NCBI GenBank assembly: GCA_043779885.1
Contig: JAYWDM010000244.1
Location: 1-34,312 of the forward strand
DNA: 34,312 nucleotides
Direction: 5' to 3'
DNA from: Betaproteobacteria bacterium
GTDB taxonomy: Bacteria > Pseudomonadota > Gammaproteobacteria > Burkholderiales > SG8-41
Below, one piece after another: positions 28,161 to 34,312 of this stretch. A program made the position numbers and the translations under genes. Numbering within the stretch: the stretch's first letter is position 1; the number at the start of each line of letters is the position of its first letter. The notes beneath the pieces are model-generated. The model saw only the letters and a list, made by a program, of their open reading frames with translations, was not told the DNA's origin and ran no database searches.

Positions 28161-28176
28161 TGGCACAAAACTTGCA
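28161..28176 (+). promoter_or_regulatory. Sigma-54 (RpoN) -24/-12 promoter TGGCAC-N5-TTGCA
   Basis: TGGCACAAAACTTGCA matches the TGGCAC-N5-TTGCW consensus exactly, with the correct GG-to-GC spacing. It sits 60 nt upstream of the cyclase start, in the only long (230 nt) gap of the cassette. Confidence 0.6.
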
Positions 28177-28235
28177 TAGTTGGTGCTGGGCTGCGGCGTT
28201 GGTTGCGTGGCGCGGCCGGCGGCACAGGAGGCGGT

Positions 28236-30467
28236 TTGAAAAAAAACGTGGTTCGCATCGGCTTGGGCGTGCTCTTGCTGCTGGTATTTCTCGGGCACGC
28301 GGCGAAGTATTACAAACTGCCTCTCGTCGAGCGCCTGGAGGCCATCGTTTACGATACGCGGCTGGTGTTGACGATGCCTCGCACAATAGATCCGCGCATT
28401 GTCATTCTCGACATCGATGAAAAAAGCCTCGTCGAGAAGGAGAAAGGCGGCGAAGGCCGCTGGCCATGGCCGCGCGACCGTCTGGCACTCCTGCTCGACA
28501 AACTCTTTGACCATTACAAGATAGCCATTGTCGGCTTCGACGTCGTTTTCGCCGAACGTGACGACAGTTCGGGCCTGCGCGTGCTCCAGCAGCTTGCGCA
28601 AAAGGAACTGAAGGAAATCCCCGGATTTCAGGCGACGCTCAAACAGCTGCAACCGGAACTGGAATATGACGAGCTGTTCGCCGGCCGCATGCGCGACCGC
28701 GCGGTTGTACTCGGGTACACCTTCAATTTCGACAAGGAGACTATCAAAGGGGAGTTGCCGGCGCCCGTGTTGCCTGCAGGAACGTTTGGCGCGAAGAACA
28801 TCGATTTTCACAGTTATGGCGGCCATACCGCCAATCTCGCCGTGCTGCAGAAAGCAGCGGCAACCGCGGGCCATTTCAGCATCGAGCCCGATGTCGACGG
28901 CATATTGCGCCGCGTGCCCATGCTCGCCGAGTCCGGTGGCGCCTATTACGAGCCGTTGTCGCTTGCGATGGTCCGCCTGATTATTGGCAGTCCTAAAATC
29001 ACTCCCGGCTACCCTTCGGACAAGATATGGTCGAGAAATTATTCAGGTCTCGAATGGCTTGAGGTCGGACCATTGAAGATCCCGGTCGACGAGCGGGTGA
29101 CCGCGTTGATTCCGTATCGTGGCGGGCAGCGGAGCTTCAGCTATATTTCCGCGGTCGACGTGATGAGCGAACGCACTGATCTCGCGCAGTTACAGGGCAA
29201 GATCGTTTTGGTCGGCACCACCGCGCCGGGGTTGCTCGACCTGCGGGCCACCCCGGTCGACAACGTCTACCCGGGTGTGGAAATCCACGCCAATATGATC
29301 AGCGGGATGCTGGACCGCAACATCAAGCAGAAGCCGCCTTACGTCATAGGCGCCGAGTTCCTGTCACTTTTGATTGCGGGACTTACAATGGCATTGCTGC
29401 TGCCGCTCCTGAATCCGATGAAATCGTTGCTTGTGACCGTCGCCGTTCTGGTGATGGTGTTATTTTTTAATCTGCTTGTGTTTCATGTGGGCAACCTGGT
29501 GTTGCCGCTCGCGTCGGGGCTTTTGCTGATCTCGCTGCTGTTCGCGCTCAACATGACCTACGGGTATTTCGTTGAAACGCGCGGCAAGCGCCAGATTGTG
29601 GGGCTATTCGGCCAATACGTGCCGCCTGAGCTGGTCGACGAAATGGCGCTCAATCCGGAAAGCTTTTCGATGGAGGGCGCATCGCGCGAAATGACGGTGT
29701 TGTTTACCGACGTGCGTGGCTTTACCACCATATCCGAGGGGCTCGATCCCAAGCAGCTGTCGCAGTTGATGAACGAATTTCTGACCCCGCTTACCGAAGT
29801 CATTTACAAGCATCGCGGTACCGTGGATAAATTCATGGGCGACTGCATCATGGCATTCTGGGGCGCGCCACTCGCCGATCCGGCGCATGCCCGTAACGGC
29901 GTGCTCGCCGGCATGGAGATGCACGAGGCCCTGCAAAAGCTCAAGCCTGAATTTCTGGCGCGCGGCTGGCCTGAAATCCGCATTGGCGTCGGCCTCAACA
30001 CCGGCCGCATGAGTGTCGGGAACATGGGTTCGAAGCTCAGGACTGCCTATACGGTGATGGGCGATGCGGTAAACCTCGCATCGCGGCTCGAAAGCATCAC
30101 GAAAGAGTATGGCGCGGATATCATCGTCGGCGAGGGCACTAAAGATGCGGTGCCCGACGTGGTGTTTCGGGAGCTTGACCGCGTGCGCGTCAAGGGCAAG
30201 GATGTTGCAGTGGCGATTTTTGAGCCGTTTGGCATGCAGGGCCAGGTCAGCAAGCCGAGACTCGAGGAAATCAAGCTTTACACCCAGTTCCTGCGGCTGT
30301 ATCGCGCGCAGGATTGGGACCAGGCGGAGTTACAGTTGTTCAATTTGCAGAAGCAGACTCCCTCGAGCACGCTTTACAGTCATACGTTCGTGGAGCGGAT
30401 ATCTTATTTGCGCGCAAATCCTCCCGGCAAAGGCTGGGATGGCGCGTTTACGTTTACGACCAAATAA
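28236..30467 (+). CDS. Membrane class III adenylate/guanylate cyclase with an N-terminal CHASE2 sensor
   Basis: ORF 28203..30467. TTG 28236 lies 5 nt after AGGAGG, so the start is uncertain (28203, 28236 or 28248). CHASE2 motifs IVILDIDEKSL...GRWPWPRD, GFDVVFAER, followed by TM segments. Cyclase motifs VLFTDVRGFT, VDKFMGDCIMAFWGAP, RIGVGLNTG, YTVMGDAVNLASRLE. The Lys (DKFMGD) and Thr (YTVMGD) pair suggests ATP specificity (class IIIb-like). Confidence 0.9.
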   Translation: MKKNVVRIGLGVLLLLVFLGHAAKYYKLPLVERLEAIVYDTRLVLTMPRTIDPRIVILDIDEKSLVEKEKGGEGRWPWPRDRLALLLDKLFDHYKIAIVGFDVVFAERDDSSGLRVLQQLAQKELKEIPGFQATLKQLQPELEYDELFAGRMRDRAVVLGYTFNFDKETIKGELPAPVLPAGTFGAKNIDFHSYGGHTANLAVLQKAAATAGHFSIEPDVDGILRRVPMLAESGGAYYEPLSLAMVRLIIGSPKITPGYPSDKIWSRNYSGLEWLEVGPLKIPVDERVTALIPYRGGQRSFSYISAVDVMSERTDLAQLQGKIVLVGTTAPGLLDLRATPVDNVYPGVEIHANMISGMLDRNIKQKPPYVIGAEFLSLLIAGLTMALLLPLLNPMKSLLVTVAVLVMVLFFNLLVFHVGNLVLPLASGLLLISLLFALNMTYGYFVETRGKRQIVGLFGQYVPPELVDEMALNPESFSMEGASREMTVLFTDVRGFTTISEGLDPKQLSQLMNEFLTPLTEVIYKHRGTVDKFMGDCIMAFWGAPLADPAHARNGVLAGMEMHEALQKLKPEFLARGWPEIRIGVGLNTGRMSVGNMGSKLRTAYTVMGDAVNLASRLESITKEYGADIIVGEGTKDAVPDVVFRELDRVRVKGKDVAVAIFEPFGMQGQVSKPRLEEIKLYTQFLRLYRAQDWDQAELQLFNLQKQTPSSTLYSHTFVERISYLRANPPGKGWDGAFTFTTK

Positions 30468-30478
30468 AGACGGCATTG

Positions 30479-31243
30479 ATGAAACTCCGGATTCTCGGCT
30501 GCAGCGGCGGCATCAGCGGCGACCTGCGCACCACGTCAATGCTGATCGATCATGACGTGCTGATTGACGCGGGCACCGGTGTCGGGGACCTGAGCATTGC
30601 CGAGCTTGCCCGGATTGATCATGTATTCGTCACGCATTCGCATCTTGATCACGTTACATCAATCCCGTTCATGGTCGATTCGGTGGGTTGGATGCGCGAC
30701 GGACCGATCACCGTGCATGCGATCGAGGCCACTCTCGAAATTCTGCGCCAGCATCTGTTCAACTGGAAAATCTGGCCGGATTTCACGCAGATTCCGGATG
30801 CCCGCAAGCCTTTTCTGCGCTACCAGGCAGTCGTTCTGGGAAAGACGGTCGACATCAATGGCCGCAAACTGACGCCACTGCCGGCCAACCACGTCGTGCC
30901 GGCTGTCGGCTACCGGGTGGATTCCGGCCGCGCCAGTCTTGTGTTCACGGGAGACACCACCACTAACGATCCGTTGTGGGTGGAAGTCAACAGGATCGAC
31001 AATCTGCGTTATCTGATCATCGAGACGGCATTTTGCAATCGTGAACGCGATCTGGCGATTGCATCGAAGCATCTGTGTCCGAGCATGCTGGCGGACGAAC
31101 TGGCGAAACTAAAGCGCAATGCGGAAGTCTATATTACGCACCTCAAGCCTGGCGAAATCGAGCTGACGATGCAGGAAATCACGGAATGCGCCGGCGCTTA
31201 CAACCCGCGCATGCTTGAAAACAACCAGGTTTTCGAATTTTAA
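30479..31243 (+). CDS. Class II-like 3',5'-cyclic-nucleotide phosphodiesterase (metallo-beta-lactamase fold)
   Basis: Internal ATG of ORF 30314..31243, 11 nt after the cyclase stop. MKLRILGCSGG, LIDAGTG, and VTHSHLDHVTSIP (H-x-H-L-D-H core of the class II cAMP PDE signature; later signature positions diverge). Confidence 0.75.
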   Translation: MKLRILGCSGGISGDLRTTSMLIDHDVLIDAGTGVGDLSIAELARIDHVFVTHSHLDHVTSIPFMVDSVGWMRDGPITVHAIEATLEILRQHLFNWKIWPDFTQIPDARKPFLRYQAVVLGKTVDINGRKLTPLPANHVVPAVGYRVDSGRASLVFTGDTTTNDPLWVEVNRIDNLRYLIIETAFCNRERDLAIASKHLCPSMLADELAKLKRNAEVYITHLKPGEIELTMQEITECAGAYNPRMLENNQVFEF

Positions 31244-31316
31244 GTTTCAAGGGTATCTGGCGCGGGGTCGTTACTGTAGATTATGGTATGAGAGCTAGAT
31301 GAAAGGTTAAACCGCC

Positions 31317-33764
31317 ATGAGTACGGTACTCGAAAGCAAGCCGGTCGCGCAGGACAACCTTGCGGAGAAGCTCAATTTCTCCACGGCCCTGCAGGCGGCC
31401 ACGAACAGAATCCATGCGGCCAGCAACATTGACGAAATCATCCTGGAATTGAGCCAGGACATTTGCGGGCTCTTTAACGCCGACCGGCTCACGATATATC
31501 TCGTCAGCGAAGACAAAACCTCGATTATCTCGAAGGTCAAGACCGGGCTTAATTCGTTCAAGGACCTGAAGCTGCCGATTGCGGAGCAAAGTATCGCGGG
31601 CTTTGTCGCGGTGCATAAGAAATTGATCAACATCCGCGACGTCTACGACGAGAAAGAGCTCAAGACCTACAGCCCGCAGCTCAATTTTCTGAAACAGGTG
31701 GACCTCAAGACGGGCTACCGTACCAAGCAGATGCTCGTTGCGCCGGTAGTTGATGCGCAAACCAAGGAATTGATCGGCGTGGTGCAGATCATCAATTCCA
31801 AGAGCGGCCAGCCGTTCCCGCCGGCGATGGAGGAGGGCGCGATCCATGTGGGCGAAACCCTGGCGATCGCGTTTCGCCAGCGCCAGAAATCCGTCACCAC
31901 CGTCAAAGGCAAATACGACCATCTTGTTTCGAACGCGGTAATCTCGGCCGAGGAGCTTGAACTTGCGACGCGCTCGGCGCGGCGCAAGAACCTCGATATC
32001 GAAACCGTGCTGATCGACGAGTTCCAGGTCAAGTTGAATTCCATCGGGGAGGCGCTCGCCGCCTATTTCGATGTGCCCTACGAGCCGCACAAGTCCGACC
32101 GGGTAAAGCCGATGGACCTCATGAAGAACATGAGCCGGGAGTTCGTGGAAAGCAGCCAGTGGGTGCCGGTCGACGAATCGAAGGACGGCATCGTCATATT
32201 GACGACCGACCCGGAAAAAATCCGCGGTTCCAGGGTCGTCACCAACGTCTACCCGAAAGGCAAGCTCCTCTACAGGGTGTGCTGTACGCGTGAATTCGCG
32301 GCGACGCTCGATCTGTTCTTTGGCGGCAGCGGCTCGGCAGGCGTCGGTTCGCTCGACGACGGCACCGAGATCGGGGACTTGCTGTCGGGACTGGAGGACG
32401 GGGAGACGCTGGAGGACGCCAATGAAGATGTCGCGTCGGCCGCATCGGATAATGAGGTCGTCAAGCTCGTCAACAAGATTATCGTCGACGCCTACAAACA
32501 GGGCGCATCCGATATTCATATCGAGCCCTACCCCGGCAAGGGGAAAACCGAGGTTCGTTTCCGCAAGGATGGCTCGCTCATGAACTACATTTCGGTGCCT
32601 GCCGCGTATCGCAACGCGATTGCGGCGCGCCTGAAGATCATGTGCGACCTCGATATTTCGGAGCGCCGCAAACCGCAGGACGGCAAGATCAAATTCAAGA
32701 AATACGGCCCGCTCGATATCGAACTGCGGGTGGCGACGATTCCGTCGCAAGGCGGCGTCGAAGACATTGTGATGCGGATTCTCGCTGCTGGCGAGCCGAT
32801 CCCGCTCGATAAGCTGGGGTTGTCCAAGCACAATCTGCAACAGTGCAAGGCAACGATCGGCAAGCCCTATGGGCTTTTCTTCGTGTGCGGCCCGACCGGC
32901 TCCGGCAAGACGACGACGCTGCACTCGGTGCTCGGCTATCTGAATACGGCGGACACGAAAATCTGGACCGCCGAAGACCCGGTGGAAATTACACAGCGCG
33001 GCCTGCGCCAGGTTCAGATGAATCCGAAGGCAGGGCTGACGTTTGCCGTCGCGATGAAAGCATTTTTGCGCGCCGACCCGGACATCATCATGGTCGGCGA
33101 GATGCGTGACAAGGAAACGGTGGGGACCGGCATCGAAGCGTCGCTCACCGGTCACCTGGTATTTGCCACGCTGCATACCAATTCGGCGCCGGAATCGATC
33201 GTCCGTCTGCTCGATATGGGCATGGACCCGTTCAATTTTGCCGACGCCCTGCTCGGCATCCTGGCGCAGCGCCTGACCAAGCGGCTGTGCGGCAAATGCA
33301 AGAAGCCGCGCGTGGCGAAGCCGGAAGAATTGAGATCGCTGCTCGACGAGTATTCGCTGGAGATGCTGAATACCAGGAAGTGGGGGGCAATCATCGAGGA
33401 TACCGCGACGTCGAAGGAGAATGCCGGAGCTACCGCGAAGAGGAATGAGAAAGTCGAGGAGATGAAGGCGGCCCAGCTTCAGGAATGGGTCAATGAATTC
33501 GGCAAAGATGGCGAGATCACGCTGTATGAAAAGGCCGGGTGCGACTCGTGCGGCGGCACCGGTTATAAAGGCCGTGTGGGCCTGCATGAGTTGTTGATCG
33601 GAACCGACCCGATCAAGAAACACATACAGGAACACTCGCGGGTCGCCGACATGCTTGCCACAGCGCTTGAGGAGGGCATGCGCACCCTGAAGCAGGACGG
33701 TATCGAAAAAGTATTGGCGGGGGTTACCGACATCGCGCAGGTGCGCGCGGTTTGCATCAAGTAA
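31317..33764 (+). CDS. GspE/PilB-family secretion ATPase with an N-terminal GAF domain and a T2SSE_N-like domain
   Basis: 815 aa. GAF-like residues about 25-190 (ILELSQDICGLFNADRLTIYLV...MLVAPVVDAQTKELIGVVQIIN). T2SSE_N-like residues about 200-330. ATPase core ASDIHIEP, RKPQDGKI, Walker A GPTGSGKTT, EDPVEI, Walker B IMVGEMRD, His box ATLHTN. Tetracysteine CGKC...CDSC with an unusually long spacer of about 80 aa. Confidence 0.9.
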   Translation: MSTVLESKPVAQDNLAEKLNFSTALQAATNRIHAASNIDEIILELSQDICGLFNADRLTIYLVSEDKTSIISKVKTGLNSFKDLKLPIAEQSIAGFVAVHKKLINIRDVYDEKELKTYSPQLNFLKQVDLKTGYRTKQMLVAPVVDAQTKELIGVVQIINSKSGQPFPPAMEEGAIHVGETLAIAFRQRQKSVTTVKGKYDHLVSNAVISAEELELATRSARRKNLDIETVLIDEFQVKLNSIGEALAAYFDVPYEPHKSDRVKPMDLMKNMSREFVESSQWVPVDESKDGIVILTTDPEKIRGSRVVTNVYPKGKLLYRVCCTREFAATLDLFFGGSGSAGVGSLDDGTEIGDLLSGLEDGETLEDANEDVASAASDNEVVKLVNKIIVDAYKQGASDIHIEPYPGKGKTEVRFRKDGSLMNYISVPAAYRNAIAARLKIMCDLDISERRKPQDGKIKFKKYGPLDIELRVATIPSQGGVEDIVMRILAAGEPIPLDKLGLSKHNLQQCKATIGKPYGLFFVCGPTGSGKTTTLHSVLGYLNTADTKIWTAEDPVEITQRGLRQVQMNPKAGLTFAVAMKAFLRADPDIIMVGEMRDKETVGTGIEASLTGHLVFATLHTNSAPESIVRLLDMGMDPFNFADALLGILAQRLTKRLCGKCKKPRVAKPEELRSLLDEYSLEMLNTRKWGAIIEDTATSKENAGATAKRNEKVEEMKAAQLQEWVNEFGKDGEITLYEKAGCDSCGGTGYKGRVGLHELLIGTDPIKKHIQEHSRVADMLATALEEGMRTLKQDGIEKVLAGVTDIAQVRAVCIK

Positions 33765-33774
33765 GGCTATTGCA

Positions 33775-34312
33775 ATGAACGAAGCGCTGCGCCCGCCGGA
33801 ACCCGCCAATCTTTTTGAGCGTCTTGAGCAACTCAACCAGGTCGGGGTCGCGCTGTCGAAGGAAACCGATATCAACCGGTTGCTCGAAGCGATCCTTCTC
33901 GCGGCCAAGAAAATAACCCGTGCGGACGGCGGAACGCTGTATCGCGTGACGGACGAAAACACGCTCAAATTCGAAATCATGCGCAATGACACCCTCAACA
34001 TTGCGATGGGCGGCACGACGGGCGTAAGCATCCCGTTTGCGCCGATTCATTTGTTCGACCCGGACGGCAAGCCCGTCAATACCATGGTCGCGGCGTACGC
34101 GTTTCATCACGATACGTCGGTCAATATCGCGGATGCGTATACCCAGGAGGGGTTCGACTTTTCAGGCACCAAGAACTTCGACAAGAATACCGGCTATCGC
34201 TCGCAGTCGTTCCTGACGGTACCGATGAAAAATCACGAGAACGAGATCATCGGCGTGCTGCAACTTCTGAACGCCAGGGACAAGACGAGCGGCGCGGTCA
34301 GCGCGTTTTTGC
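33775..34312 (+). CDS. GAF-domain protein, 3'-truncated by the window end (output domain unseen)
   Basis: ATG 33775 lies 10 nt after the GspE-like stop, and the frame stays open to the window end (not in the ORF track because there is no stop). MNEALRPPEPANLFERLEQLNQVGVALSKETDINRLLEAILLAAKKITRADGGTLYRV...FLTVPMKNHENEIIGVLQLLNA is GAF-like. From memory this N-terminus often precedes HD/HD-GYP domains, but that is not visible here. Confidence 0.75.
   Translation, partial: MNEALRPPEPANLFERLEQLNQVGVALSKETDINRLLEAILLAAKKITRADGGTLYRVTDENTLKFEIMRNDTLNIAMGGTTGVSIPFAPIHLFDPDGKPVNTMVAAYAFHHDTSVNIADAYTQEGFDFSGTKNFDKNTGYRSQSFLTVPMKNHENEIIGVLQLLNARDKTSGAVSAFL

Noticed and set aside
31281-34031. 916-aa ORF on the minus strand, antisense to the GspE-like gene. 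Similar long antisense ORFs: 10184..11995(-), 2590..4008(-), 6137..7306(-), 7355..8704(-), 13429..14616(-), 19206..20150(-), 20950..22167(-), 8925..9956(-), 15363..16346(-). Out-of-frame same-strand ORFs: 15854..17140(+), 17183..17983(+).
   Set aside because: They are typical high-GC shadow ORFs. Their translations are Arg/Ala/His-rich with no family motifs. Each fully overlaps a gene with unambiguous homology on the opposite strand or in another frame.
23762-34312. Interpreting the kinase/cyclase cassette as an anti-phage system (CBASS/Pycsar-like cyclase-effector, or Stk2-like kinase defence)
   Set aside because: The cyclase is a membrane CHASE2 class III enzyme, not a CD-NTase or a soluble Pycsar cyclase. 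A dedicated PDE and a PP2C argue for reversible signalling. No nuclease, TIR, pore-forming or other abortive-infection effector is visible. This cannot be fully excluded without the downstream sequence.

Overview
High-GC, betaproteobacterium-like (Burkholderiales-style) chromosomal window with about 27 supportable protein genes, nearly all on the + strand. I found no rRNA, tRNA, CRISPR array, transposase or integrase. It falls into three blocks. (1) 1-4.4 kb: an orphan Bug/TctC binding protein, a universal stress protein, a free-standing candidate sRNA (promoter, CCUCC motifs, terminator) and housekeeping-type sucCD. (2) 4.5-23.5 kb: an oxalate/formate island. It holds NAD-type formate dehydrogenase (fused FdsG/B plus FdsA), an alpha/beta hydrolase, formate-THF ligase, TerC, a second Usp, tctCBA joined directly to an OxlT-type oxalate:formate antiporter, a cysteine-free Crp/Fnr regulator, oxalyl-CoA decarboxylase, formyl-CoA transferase and a formyl-THF-dehydrogenase-N-like formyltransferase. 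Four promoters in blocks 1-2 carry the same TTGAY-N4-GTCAA box placed exactly 22 nt upstream of a -10 element (class II geometry), which suggests one regulon. (3) 23.7-34.3 kb, the best candidate for an undescribed system: a tightly packed, co-directional signalling cassette. It encodes a CHASE2 Ser/Thr kinase, a PP2C phosphatase, a dual-FHA protein, a consensus sigma-54 promoter, a CHASE2 class III adenylate cyclase, a class II-like cNMP phosphodiesterase, a GAF-fused GspE/PilB-type ATPase and a further GAF protein cut by the window end. That gives writer, eraser and reader for both phospho-Thr and cNMP, placed next to an ATPase that has no other secretion or pilus genes in view. Many long antisense ORFs in the track are high-GC shadow ORFs and were rejected.
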